From positions 14,720,682 through 14,784,681 of the forward strand of contig CM119264.1 of assembly GCA_051294375.1 (NCBI GenBank): 64,000 bases of DNA, written 5' to 3'. Both the position numbers and the translations under genes were made by a program. Every line of letters begins with the position of its first letter. Positions within the stretch are counted from its first letter, which is position 1. The notes beneath the pieces are model-generated. The model was not told the origin of the DNA, did no database searches, and saw only the letters and a list, made by a program, of their open reading frames with translations. The stretch is from Paraspadella gotoi. Taxonomy: Eukaryota > Animalia > Chaetognatha. Below, one piece after another: positions 38,891 to 52,930 of the stretch.

Positions 38891-41800
38891 AGAGAAGAGA
38901 GAGGAGAGGAGAGAAGAGAGAGAGAAGAGAGTCAGCCTCGTTTCCGTTCACCTCGCAGATTCTTCCGTCGCTAATTTTCTCCCATCAAACGGTTTTATTC
39001 TTCTTCCTCCGTCGGGTCTTCCTCAGTTTTGGCTTCTCCCACTTGTCCCGAAATGACCCCACGCGATCCGAATCGACCCTTAATGACCCCGAATGTACTC
39101 GGACTTTGAAGACTGTCTCTTCGAAGACGGTAAAGCTTGGACCTGCGGTACGTTGTCGGTCGGTCGGTCCGTCATTCTGTTACTCTGTATGATCTACTAT
39201 ACTACCTAATCCCTCATACTCATTCGCTCTAACCTCGGACAGACAGAAAACTTCTTACCCACGTCCTTCGCTTTTAAAAGTTTTGTAATGCCATCGGGAA
39301 GAATTTTAGATTGTATCGTTTGCACGCACGCACCTTTGAACGTGCTCACATTTTCGTACTGCACATTGAAAAATTCGACGCCATAAGTCGATTACTCGCT
39401 TTCTTCGCTTTGTCACCAGCGTCAACAAAAAGAGCATGGAGCCCGAACCAGTTTTGACGCGAGTGAGGCGTAACAACGAGCATTTTCTCTTCCCACCGAG
39501 CAATCTTGGGTCTGCGCCCCTTTGGTGTCAATGCTAGCGAGCGGGACGGGACGTCTAACCCACTAATAGGACCGTACTACAGCCAGATCCTAATTTCTGA
39601 AGCTTGCAAATAACAAGCGGTAATTTTGTCCTGTCAGTGTGGCACTAACGAGTGGAACATCTACGTCTCCATCTCCGACTTAAAATCTCCGAGTCCGCTC
39701 TTTGAACTCGCTTCCTCCGACCCAACCAAGAATAAACAAATTCCGGATTCCGGATTCCAGCCTCGGCCATTTTTACAGTTTTCTGAAGACGGGAACATCA
39801 TAAAACCTTCGCGATTTGTGAAAAGAGGGCGTTTGACGAAAACGGCGAGATTCTCATGGAAATAGCCGGGTTCGTCATTCAGCAGGCAATCACCATAACA
39901 CCGACGCCAATAACATCAACAACAGCAACAAGGCCGACGAAGCAAACGGCATTAAAACCCTGAATAGTGATTATTATGATGAAAGGTGTTTGGTAGTGGG
40001 GTTGTGAGGTGAGAGGCAGTGAGGCAGCTAGAATATAAGCGTCTGGCTTCAAGGTACAAAGATCACCTTGATTGGCTGATCATAAATCGGTTGAGAAGTC
40101 AATGGAACAACTGAGACGCGGAAAAGGGTAAGGGTTCTTGACAAAACGGAGAACGGAGGTAAGGAAAGGGGAAACTGGGTTTGTTTCTACCGCTTTCAGT
40201 CAAAAACAACTCGTGAACTCGTGAACTCGTGAGGCTGCGTAGGCTTTTTGCCTTTGCCATTTACGATTCGTTTCGTGCCAGTTGTTGCGAATGTTTATTT
40301 CTTTGACTCTGTCATTTCGCTTCTCGTCCCGGAATCGTCATTATCGCCCTCGTTTTTAGGATTCAAACCGAATCGTTTGTCGAAACTTTCATTAGGAGGA
40401 AAGAGAAAGACCTCGGGAAGAAAGAGACCCAGTTCCGGACAACCCAGAAACAAAAGTCGCCGCCGTCGTCTTCTTCTTCGTCTCCTTCCTCCCGAAGTCA
40501 TAATTTACGATCTTCGCACGTGAGCAATTTTCTTTCGTCTCGGCTCGTTTATTTCATTTAATAAGAATAAGAAAACGGGGTAAACGAAACAGCGTAAAGA
40601 AGCAGACGATTGCGACGAAACAGTAGCATGGGATGAGATTGGGGGGGGGGCGAGTGGGTTTGCGCTCTGTCGCGTCGCGCAGAGATTTTTGCGTTTTAAC
40701 GTTTTTAACGTCGGGAAACAAAATCCTCTCGAAATCCACTCGAACGGAAAAAGATGGAAAACGAAATTGCTTTTGGCTCTTGTCTCGCGATGAGAAATAG
40801 AAAGATTTATTGGGATGAACTCGAGGACTGGGCCATAATCGTCAAACGCTGAGATATTGGAAGGGCAAGAAGAGTGAATGAGCTAACCCTTTGCCGCCAG
40901 AGGTCACCATGGACAATCCGTCTCTGTCCACGTCTTTTGTTTTATTTCTTTTCCTTGGATCAAGTCTTTGTTTCTATTTTGTCTTTTATGATTAATTTGG
41001 GTTTCGTCTTGGTTTGCGGCGAATGTTCGCCACCTGAGCCTCGGATGACGAACTTTGTAGAATTAGGAATCATGCAACATCGAAATAGGAAATTATATTA
41101 TTGCTTTTCTTTGCTTTATTTGTTATATATTTGTAAAATCTAAAAATATTCACAGCAGGGAGCTCGAAAATATTTTTCTTTGCCGGAAAAGAGAAAATTT
41201 CAAAAAATGTAAATTCAAAGGCGAAACTAAATCTTAAAAAAAGGAAAAAAGTAGCTAAAATGAGAAGATTATTGAATATTTTTTAAACATTTTGTCGAAA
41301 TGGAAAAGAAAAAGAAAATGGAAACTAGCAAATGAAAGTGTAATCAAAACCAAGTCACGCAATCAAGAGAGAGAGAGGAAGAAGGAAATTGTGAGAGGGA
41401 GAGAGAGAAGAGGAAATATGGTGAGGCGAGGAGAAAGAAAATTAATTTTTATTTCTCTCACGGGAAACAGAAAAAAGCACCAATTTGGGAATTCGGACTT
41501 TTGGGTTGTAGTCGGGGTAAGAGTGAAAGGAGGAATAGGAGTAAAGAAAAGAAAGAAAAAGAGAGATAGAGTGAAGGAAAAGAAAGGAAGCAGCATAGTG
41601 AAAAAAAATTTAAAAGGGTGATATTGCGTGAGAAGTTAAATCAACTTAAAAATGAGATTATAGCAAGACAAGGTAGTAAAGGATTTTAAATTAGTCCGCT
41701 ACAGAAATTTAGTTGTACTCTTCTATTGAGAACTATTCCCTTTATTATTTGCTATCAAATAATTGTAAATGATTCCTCTTTTTTTTAACATTTTTTTTCT

Positions 41801-44160
41801 CGGTTTCGCACCCTTAATTTAAAAAAAAATCGATTAAAAGAAAAGACATCCACCTGAGACAGGGATTCGATTCAATTAATTATTTTCCTTCTCCTAAGCA
41901 AAAATAGGTTATATATCGGGCTGAGGGGGCGGGGGAAACCCCGGAGGAAGAGCTTTACAACGAAGCGTTTCAAATTGCGCAGTTTGTATAATGTAAATGT
42001 TTCATGGGATTTTTAGAGTAGGTACAGTTGGAGGAGTTTGTATACGTATAAGTTGTTTTTTTTTTAAACTTATTTACAACGAAATTTAACTGATAACAAT
42101 TCCTTTTGGCGAGGAAAAAAAAATTTTAAAAATTAAAATTTTGAAATCTCCTAGGTATAAAAATTATTCTGAAACGTTTCTTTTACAACGTAATAGGTTT
42201 TAACTTTTAAATATTAAGTGTAAATGTTTTTTCTACTTTCCTTATCGGAGCGACTAAATTGTATTTTAAGCTTCTAAATTATTTTTTCATTACTTTTAAT
42301 GATTAGTTTTATTTCCCGAGAAATTTGTAAAAAAAAAACCTAAAGACGATGATTTTTTTTTTCATTTTGAATGTGTTTTTTTTTTTTTTATAAAAACTCC
42401 CGACGAACTTTCTCGCCGAAACGAAAGAGTGCGAAAGCACTGGTGAGACGATTACATAACTCGCTAGACTCATGTCATTTTAATTTTTAAGTTATTACGA
42501 GAACTTAACAGTGAGCTACATAAAAGTAACCGGCCTTGTCTGAACGTAACATTTAAGTTATTTAATTAGTCCTTTGTTTTTGTTTATGACTGACATAAAT
42601 TAGATCATTGGCGTGGAAGTGATGTTCCCTCATCAAGAGTTCGTTCGTCCTGACATTGAAATCGAAATCATCTCCCCTCCTTGCCCTCAGATTTTTTGTC
42701 GTCCCCCCCACCCATCTTTCCCCCAATCTAGAACCAACCACCTTCGTCCCAACACCTTCGGCCCAACCACGATGAGGGGAAAGAGATAAAGATCGACTCG
42801 CTGATTTATTTCTCTAGGGTGAATCAAGGGTGTGGCACTTGGTGTAGGGCGCGGATATATCCCGGTCTTTTCTAATAATGTTACGATCGACATTTTTTAA
42901 AATTGTAAATGAATAATAAAAAATAAGTAATATACTAAGTTACGACACTTCTATAAAAAAAATAATCAAGTGAATTCAAAACAATCGTTAACGTTAATTA
43001 AAGTTAAGATTAAAGTTAAAGATTAAAGTTAAGATTAAAAACCAAAACGTGGTCATTAACATCTTTTCAGAGGATGACACAATTTTTGTCCGAAGGAAAA
43101 ATCCCTTTGCTTTAACTTGAAACATTTTGAGGGGATTTTCGTCTCTACGAAAACGATGCGAGGCAGAACTAAAAACCGTCAATCAAGAGAAAAGATTAAC
43201 TTTTTCTGGTTTTTTTTTCCTGTCGAACGGGTGACGTCACTCTCGCATATTACGACATCCTGGATCGAAGGAAGTTGGTTTACACTCGGGACGAACTATT
43301 TGGTGACTAAAAATATCAGCGACCGGAACTCGTGGATTCGCTTTCCAGAATGTTCCGGCGACAAGACGGCAAGTGATTGTTAAATTTCCCTCGAAATTAA
43401 GAACTAAAAAAACCTAATAATAATAACATGGTGAACTTTAAATAAAACCTATCCTCGAATTAATCGCGATCGAACAAAACCGCGGAAAAAAGCCTCCATT
43501 TCGATCTCCTTGAACGATCCTCGCACTCGGTTTTAAAGATCGCGATTTGATCGATATTGTAGGAGAATTTCAATCGTCACGGGAATTTCACTTTGAAAAC
43601 AACGATTTCAAGGAGATGCATCGCGAAGAAACGCAGGTAATGTTGGTTTTTTGTTTTTGTTGGCTTGTTTTTTTGATTGTTTTTTTTTCTAGTTTTTTTG
43701 TTGTATTTTCTTATCAATCGTTTTATACATCGCTTCGCTCGATATGACTTTGCCATATCCGTGAGTTAACATCTACGAAAAGAAATAAACATAAAAAAAA
43801 AAAAAAGGAATAACTGCATGACATTAATTGGGTTCATCGACCTTCGTGATGTAGCCTCCACGACCTCCTCAGGATACGGTGTGTCGGTTTATACGGTTTA
43901 ACCTCTTCTTTTTTTTTCGGTGTAAATTTTCTTTCACTTTAAAGTTTAATTTACATTTACGCGAGAATGTCACGCTCGATACAGGATAAGTCAATAAGTG
44001 TAAAAATCTCACTTTGATCAATGTTATCAATTCAGAATTATAATTTTCTTCGAATATTTTTTACCTAAATATTTCAAATTTAGTATGGTCTCTTAAAATT
44101 TTTAAATTTTTGTACCGAATTTAAAAAAAAAATGATTATGTTTACTTCAGAAATCTACTC

Positions 44161-46069
44161 ATGGCTGAATTTGACGCTCACGATCCTTTCATCGTCGACT
44201 CTCCCAGCGCCATCTTTCTCAGAAATATTTTTCTGTCTCGTTTTCTCGACGCAAAACTGACGCCGCGCGGCACCGTCGCCGCTCAAGGAATCTCCGTCGC
44301 CCAATCAAATTCCGGCGCCGACGGAGCAGAAAACGCCGGATCGAAGACGGACGGTGCCGAGAGTCTCGACGACGAGGAAAGCGTTCCGTCGTCGTCAAAG
44401 ACGCCGGGATTGTCTACGTCTCTCTGGTCGACGTCGGCGTCTTCGGCGTTCGTGTCGATAAACTGGGATCGTAAATCGATTTACGGAAGAGAAACTTGGA
44501 AAGAATCTTCGAATGTCTCGTCCGACTCTTCCCCTTCTTCTTCCCTTTCCCCCTCTCCCTCACTCCTATCCTCTCTCTCCCTCCGCGCCTTTATCGCCGG
44601 CGCGGTCGCCGGCGTCGTCTCCAGAACGGCCACCGCGCCGTTGGATCGGGTCAAGGTCATCCTTCAAGCGGAAACCGGCGCCTCTGCGACGGCGACGCTG
44701 GCGTCGTTACGCGGCGTCCTCGCTCGCGAAGGCGTGTTCGCTCTGTGGCGCGGCAACGGCGTCAACGTGCTCAAGATCGCGCCGGAAACCGCCATCAAGT
44801 TTGCGGCGTTCGAGGAAGCGAAAGCGGCGCTGCGGCGTCGTCGAGGCGGCGCCCAAACTCTCGGCGTCGGAGAGAGATTCTTGGCCGGCGCCTCCGCTGG
44901 CGCCATCGCACAAACATGTACTTATATATGTTTTTAATAAATTAAATTAATTTAAATAATTTTCCAACAAAAGCCGTGAATCAGTGTTTGTGTCCGTCTG
45001 TGTGTTTTGTTCTCTCTTCATGTCAGTCTGTCTGACCCTCTTGATTTAAAAACAACGAAAAAAATAGACCAGTTATACAATCAACTAGAAGAGAGAAGGG
45101 AGAAAAAGATTTCATTACACCGACATACCATAATAAAATATATATATTTAAAAATATAATATATATAATAAAATATCATTAGATATCTAGAGAACTTTCA
45201 CAACAAAGGCGAATCGACTGAAAAGAAAGAAAATCGATTTTTTATCTTTTTTCCCTTCGGCTTCGCAACGAAACGGATTGAAATTAAATATAGGTTTTTT
45301 CAGGCCAAATGTATTATTAACATCGGCGCTGATGATTTAATAAAAACATTTTTTTGTAATCGAGAAGACTTTATGAAACATTATTGGCCGAATTATTCTT
45401 TTATCCAAACCTAAGGCATCTACCCGCTGGAAATCCTGAAGACACGCTTGATCGTCTCAACCTCCAGCGACTTTTCGGGCATCGTCAGCTGCGCTCGGCA
45501 CTGTTTCCGGTCCGGAGGCGTCAGGTAAATGACGGCGTCATAAATGTACCGTGCCGATAATTTAAAACGATAGTGAAAAAAAGTATTAAATGTTTATTCT
45601 CAGATGCTTTTTCCGTGGCTACGTGCCTAACATCCTCGGCATTATCCCTTACGCGGGAATCGATCTCACCGTCTACGAGTTTTTGAAGGAAGAATTGAGC
45701 GATCGATTTCGGGATCCCTCAACGATATCTCCGGAAGCCTCCGATCGAGACTCCACGCCCATTTCCGGGTCGAAACCGCCTCCTTGCGTCGCCTGCCTTC
45801 TCGTGTGCGGCGTTGTGTCATCCTCGTGCGGCCAGATCGCCTCGTATCCGCTTGCGCTCGTGCGCGTGCGTATGCAAGCCGGAAGCGACGGCGCACGCGC
45901 GACCATGACGTCGATCGCTAGAGGGATTTGGGAGGCAAGCGGCTTGAGGGGATTCTATCGCGGGTTGGGTCCGAATCTCTTGAAGGTGGCGCCGGCTTTC
46001 GCCATCTCTTATGCCGTCTATGAGAACGTCAAGGCGAGGCTGGGTGGCGTGAGTGAGAGGAGTAAATAA
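44161..46069 (+). CDS. Mitochondrial carrier, SCaMC/ATP-Mg:Pi type (SLC25A23/24/25/41-like)
   Basis: Exons 44161-44917, 45416-45524, 45604-46069. Three Px[DE]xx[KR]-type signatures (APLDRVKV, YPLEILKTR, YPLALVRVRMQA), plus SCaMC-typical WRGNGVNVLKIAPETAIKF and GYVPNILGIIPYAGIDLTVYE. Confidence 0.93.
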
Positions 46070-47719
46070 AAAGAAGTCAATTCACTAAAAGAGTGAGGTT
46101 GATTGCAAAATCACGATTGTTTAATGATGTTTGAAATTAAATATATACATGTACCTGTTTAAAGACCAAAACCAATCAGATCTCAGATTTTGTTGTTTCC
46201 CGCAGTTCAATAGTCATGTTATTTTCGTGTCATTTGTCATCGAAAAGGCTGAAATTTGTCATGTTCATTGACTTTTTTGCCTTTTTTTTTGACGGTTTAT
46301 AATTTTCGTCTTAAATTTTTAATCATCGCATTAAAATTCAATTTTTGTTTTGTGTTCCCCTTCTTTTTTTTATTACCTATAGAATAAAAAATTACGTTTA
46401 TTCACAAATTCTTTGTTTGAATGACGGCAACGTGAAAGACTGGAGAGTTAATCGCGTTGGTCATTAGTTTTCAACTTCGTGAATGCAAAGATTATGAGTA
46501 ACCAGTTTTCGCTCGCTGGCTCAAATTCACCCGTTGATTCGCCAATCTTATATAAAAAGCGCGTATTCAGACTGGCTAATTAATTAAGAAAAGCCCTTTG
46601 AACAATTTTTTTTCTCACGTCCCGCTAGAATCAAATTTTTGAAGGCGATTGAGTCTCGTCAATTCGTGCTTATCAAGACAACATCAAAGAAATAAAAAAA
46701 AAGATGAAACCCTCCTGTGCCCTATTTAAGTAATCACAAAGAGAACGAAACTAATACAACGCCAAGGGAGCAATTAGAACGGAAATAACAAAACGAAATG
46801 AACGCAGTTTGCATAACAACTCGATTCACCACCGCCGATCGTTAACAACGCGAGGCTACCTCGCCGGCGGCCCGCTCGTATTCGCGACTCGACAGTGTTC
46901 GACACTGTGCGACATTGTTCGACACTGTTCGAACTTCGAACAAACAATCAACAATGAATAAACAATCAACAAACAACAGTCCAACTTCTGTTTGTTCGAG
47001 GTAAAGACATTGATCTATTTGAACAAATTAAAAAGCGGAGAATTACTTCTTTCGAAAAAACTTATGAAGGCAACAGAGTTTATTCGTTTTTCCCGTTAAG
47101 AGCGCTGAGTTGCAAAAAAAACAAAACAGGCGCAGTTGTGAAAATCATTTCAAATGTATAAATTAATAACTAGATTTCACAACTATCTTTATTTTCGCCG
47201 ACCAAATAAGTTAAATAAGCATAAGCAAAAGCATAAGTAATAAGCATTCATGACGTACTAAAAAATTTAGATAATGATAGAAAGAAAGAAGAAAGAAAGA
47301 AAGAAAAAAGAAAGAAAGAAATGAAAAGATAGAAAGAAAAAAGAAAGGAAGAAAGAAAGATAGAAATAAGTAAAAAAAGAAAGAAACAAAGAAACAAAGA
47401 AAGAAAGAAAGAGAAAAAGATATAAAAAAAGAAAGAAACAAAGAAAGAAAGAAAACAAGGAATGGTTATTTCAAGGTGTTGCATAACTTTATTTTTACTT
47501 TTTTATCCCTTGGATTTCCGTATATATACCGCACGCTCTGCATCGTAATCACGTCTTTTATTCCTTATATATTATATATATACTATATATATATACTATA
47601 CTATACTATACTTATACTATACTAGTTATAGTTTATAAGATTTTTAAAAAAAACAATAGACGGCGCTAGTAGTCGCTTAGATTTGAGGTTTTTTCCTGTT
47701 TTAACAAATGAGCAACAAA

Positions 47720-47845
47720 ATATAGGCAAGTTATAAGCGTTTTCAACATAAGTTGGACAGACCGACTGACAGACATACCGACCGACAGATCGACGGACCG
47801 ACAGACCGACCGAAAAGTTACTCGTACTCTCGGCACAACTAAAAA
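47720..47845 (+). mobile_element. HINE/DINE-like repeat copy
   Basis: TTTTCAACATAAGTTGGACAGACCGACTGACAGACATACCGACCGAC...ACTAAAAA, closely similar to 55585-55685. Confidence 0.55.
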
Positions 47846-50462
47846 ACCAAGAAAGAAATTCCGTGGACATACAAACAGGCGGACAAATAAATCATAATTG
47901 ACTTGAATGAACAATACAACTCTTTACAACTCGAAGTGAACCTCTCCCCCCCCCAAAAAAAAAAAACGAGGAATGATGAGAGAAACAGTTTCCACTGCAG
48001 GGAAAAAACAATGAGAAGAATTCAAAAGGAAAAAAGTCAAGTTTGACATGTTTTCAAAAAAAAAAAAAAAACACATGCTAGAGACGGGTACAAAAAGCAA
48101 AAAGGTCTTCCAAGGAGTTTTTAAAAATGGTATTTTACGGTTTAGCATTCGCTTGTAATAGTATTGTATCTCAAAGTTATTTATAGTGATTTAGTTACCA
48201 TTTGGTACTATCAAGAAAATCTTTTATATAGTATACACTATACATAGTTGGATTCTCTAACTTTATTTGTATAGAAGCACTCTTTTTTCACTCTTTTCTA
48301 TGATTTAATTTTTCACAAAGAAGATAAACGATGTGAAGGATTCGAAAACCGTTCAAGGAACGCCGTTAACCTTTCACTTGGCAAAGGCCAAAAGGGAAAT
48401 TTCAAAGCCCATATTTTATGGAACTATTATTTTTGAAGGTAGGTTTGCCTCGATTAATGAATTAATTAAACTAAAGAGAAACGAGACATTTTAACCTGCT
48501 TGTCTTCACTGTAGGGAAAGTTACAAAGAACCAGAAGAGAAGAAAGAGAAGACGAAAAAGGAGTTTCATATGTAAGAGAAGAGAGAAGAGAGAGAGAGAG
48601 AGAGAGAGAAGAGAGAGAGAGAAGAGAGAAGAGAGAGAGAGAGAGAAGAAAGAGAGAAAAAAGAAAGAAAAACAGAGAAGGGAGAGAGAGAGAAAGAGAC
48701 ATAACCGTGGGATCTAAAAAGTAGCATGGGGAAGTAGCGAACCGACGCTTAAGGAGGCCTCGCTTCATTAGTACCAGCGCTCCTCACGGCCCAAGATAAA
48801 ATCTCAGAGAAACAAAAGACAAATTGTCCGCGATGAGGCAGAGTTTACGAGGAAGAGTCCCGAGTGCCGAGGCTCGAATCCCTTGTTTGACAAAGACGAG
48901 AATCTTTGTCGCTCGAATTTTAAAATGAACTTTAAAAGGTTTTAAATAATCGATGTAGAAAAAAAGAATAATTAAATTTAGCTTAATGGTTAAACGCCGA
49001 TCCATATTTAGAAAATTAAATTTACTAGCTCATAATGGAGAAACCTTTTGTCTCCATAAAACTCTGATCGCTGATTTTTTTTCCCCTTTTATTCTTTTCT
49101 TTTCATCCTTGGCATCATTGTATCTCTTCTTTTTTTTTACTTTGCTGTGTGAAATTGTTTTATCCTCCTTCAGAAACTTTCCCGTCGCAAAATTTCACTG
49201 GCTTCTTTGTTGTGCTTTTGTTTTGATTTTTACATCGCCATATATTTTGTTCCACCTTGGAATCGAACCAGAGATCGCCTTCTCCCCGCTCCCCCCACTT
49301 CCTGTCTCTTCCTTTCTCGAATCTCATCATTCTCCATTTTTCGCGCGTGAGGAAACTCATCCATTTAACCGGCCTCATTTCGACGAGGAACCAAACCATT
49401 TTATTTCTTATCTAACCACTGATGTCCTTTCCGTTAGCATTACTAGATGTCAGTCCATTCTCCTCTCTTAGTACAACACCAGTAGTCACCTACTATTGTA
49501 AAGCGGTCTGATTAAACATAAACAAAATTCTTTCAAACATTTTAACTTTTACGATGAAGAGCTTAAAGTATCAAACGCTCTTCTCCCCTCACCACCCTTT
49601 ACGGGTAGCCCCAACATGTTGAACGTTTTGAATTGAGAGCGAGTTGGCCTTTTCGCTCTCCCAATACCAATTCCCCTTCATCTATCGATCCCCCGACGGG
49701 AAACGAATATAAACATTGACATTAAAAGGGAAATTGGAGAGAACCGAGGAAAGACAGGCTCCTACACTCTGGCCCATTAGTTGTTTACGGGATTTATTGC
49801 TTTGTTAGTGAGGCGATTGTTATGTTTCACTTACTCTTTTAGTTTTGAAATCACGACGAGTTCATTTTTGCCGTTGAAGAAGACTCATCTTTAAACGTAA
49901 TTGATTCTTTAGAATCTCCGCGTAACTTTTTTCTTTTTTTAAGTTATATATTTTACTACAAACCTGAAAAAATGTTTTGAAAAAAAATCAGCAAGTTCAA
50001 GGCTGAAAGCTCAAAAACCAGTAAATTGTAAACAAAAAAGATAAATACTTGTAAAGCAATTCCGTCTACAAGGTCGTTCAATATCTTTCAGTTTGTCGTG
50101 GGAAATAAAAGGGAAAGTGAAGGTAAAACTGGTAACAGTCTTCCCTGTCTATCGGTCGGTCGGTCCAAAATATGGTACGAATACTACGGAATACCTAATA
50201 TAATAATTTAATATCTTTAAAGTAAACGGATTTCTTAAAACCCGACCACCTCTTTGATTCTCCCCTCACATTCACTAGAAGCCCGAAATTCTTCGTCAGC
50301 GCGTATGATCGCTTCAGAAAAGAGCGATTATCGCTGAGAAGCGAAGCGATTATCGCAGTGGCGGAATGCGATTTATCCCTGTGAAGCGTGAGACAATAGC
50401 GGGATTGCGATAAATCCGTAATAAGGCTCTCTTCTCTCTCTCTCTCTCTCTCTCTCCCTTAT

Positions 50463-50544
<82 letters not shown>

Positions 50545-50640
50545 TTCTCTCTCTCTCTCTCTCTCTCTCTTGGACTTGTCCTGGCGACGCAAAGACGAAG
50601 GGCGTAGACGGGGCGCGTGAGAGGGAGGAGTTCGTCGAAC

Positions 50641-50695
<55 letters not shown>

Positions 50696-52419
50696 AGGGT
50701 AACAATCTCAAAGCCTGTCACGCAAGCAAGGCATTAGCCTTACGATAAAAAACTTTAAACATAAGCCACGGAACTGAAACTACCATAAAGGGAATCCTGT
50801 GGTTGAGAGAAAATGAGGCAGACTTCAGCTCTCTATTTTATTACAAAATTCTTTAACATGGCATAAATGTACACAACTAGTTATTTTTTTCTTGGATCTT
50901 TTGCGCTTGCCGATTTTTTTATTAATTTTTTCTGTTCTCTCATGTTTTTTTTGGCTTTCCTTAGATTTTTTGGCATACGACGAAGATAGAGTAAGTGGAG
51001 TTTGAGAAAGAGATAAACAACAGAAATTAAAAAACCAAAATGAAAAACTGAAACAAAAAATTTGAACTATGTATGAAAAAAAGTTTAGGCTGACATAAAA
51101 CTTTTAAGTACAATTTATTTTTCATTGTTATTTTTTTTTAATTAAATTTTTAATAATTAACAGAATTCACTAGTATTTAGTTTTAGTTTGAAACGTGATA
51201 ATTTTTCTAATGTATTTTTTAAATATATTATGTACAATATTAAACGATTTTTATATTGGTTGTACTAATTTCATCATAAAATTAATGGATTATAAGACTA
51301 CGCGAATTAAATATGAAATAAAAGAAACGGTCAGAATTTGTAAGAAAAAGAGAAAGTGAAAATAAGGCAATGATAAAAAGGAGAGAAAGGCAGTAAAAGT
51401 GATTGAAAGAGGGAAGGGGCAAAAAAAATACAGGAGAGAATAGGAAGATTTACGTATAGGGGGAAAGAGAAATGAATATCAAAAGACAAAGGAAAAGAGA
51501 GAAAAAGAAAGAAAAAGACTAAGAATGTTGTAAAGACTGGAAATGCAAAGTTGGGCAGAGACAAAGGTAAAAGGACAAAGAGGAAAGATCAGGGAAAAGA
51601 TGGAAATTGAAAGGAAAATTTGGGAGAAGAGAAACGATAAAAAGAAAAGACGAGAAATTAGTCAATAAAACTAAGATATTGGGAATTAAAAAGTAGTTAA
51701 AACTCCCCGAGCGCCTTTCAGCTGCTTCTCATATAAGAATTTATTTTGTTCCACTGGCTAATTGGTTTGTATTCCAATTTAAGACAATATTTTACAATTA
51801 CAAATAACAAATGAAATACAAATAAAGGAAAGCTTAAAATATTTTTTTGTTATTTTCAGTGTCAAGGCTAAGATTGTTTTATTTCTAATATCGATTCTAT
51901 TTTTAGAAACAAAAAAATCCAAATTATACAAAACATACAAACCTCATAAATAAGGACAAATCGTGCCATCCTTTAAACTGCTTAAACTTGCGATGAAATT
52001 TAATGACATTTGGATCTTCTTTTCTTTAATCTCCCATCTCCCCATCTCTCTCGGATTCTCTGTTTCTCTTTATCATTCGCTTCGCTAAGTTGAAATTGGT
52101 GATCTTTTCACGCGTTTTTTGGTCGGTCGGTCCTTAGGCTTAAATCCGCCCGCATGATAAAAATTCATTCAATATTAAATATAAGTACAATAATTTAAAT
52201 ATAATGTATTTTAATGATATGTATCATTTCTAAAAAGCCGATAAAATGATTTAGAATTAAAATATTAAAGTTAATATCGTTAACCATATAATTTTAATTT
52301 ATTATTTTTTTTTTTAAATTCAATAAATAACTAAACCGCGGCTTCGACTTCGCTTCGTTCTTCATTCTTACAAAATAAGAAACTCTTTCCAAATTCTGTC
52401 TTCGACCATTAGAATTCTG

Positions 52420-52930
52420 GACTCACCGCGAAAGACTCTCTTTTTCTCTTTCCGAATTACACTCCGTGATGTTGTCGGCGTATTTCCACCAATCGGAATT
52501 CGGCATAGTAAACTCTTTTAACCAATAAAAGCGCGAGAAGACCGCGGGGAGACGGAAGCGTCACGTGATGGGTTGACTTTTCACCTTGGGGAGGCGGAGC
52601 TCCCCTCTCGCTCGTGGAGGAGCCGACTTTTTTTTTTTTTTTTCAAGCGGAACTAAATGGGCGCGGCTCTTTTTTTTAAGATCTAAATCTTAAACGGGGT
52701 AAAAGAGCAGGGCGATGGAGTGGGGTCCTGGATAGGTTATGCGGCAGCCGGGGAGGCTAAACATTAAGCTTCCTCTCTTCCTCCCATCGTTTACCAAAAA
52801 CTAAACTGTTTTAGAAAACAATAAATACTAAATGGACCTCTTTTTCTCTGCGCAAATGGTTCCTTGACGCCCGGAAGAGCGGGAGTTGATTGGGCAACGG
52901 CGTCGGAACCATCGCCTCGGCCGAGTGACT
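52420..52930. promoter_or_regulatory. CpG-rich promoter-like region
   Basis: Clustered CCAAT boxes (both orientations), E-box TCACGTGA, GC-box GGGAGGCGGAGC and ETS CGGAAG. There is a minus-strand donor (ACTCACC) at ~52421-52427. Confidence 0.45.

Noticed and set aside
38958-39870. Possible further astacin exons (CUB-like)
   Set aside because: Frames are broken by stops and I could not build a phase-consistent model.
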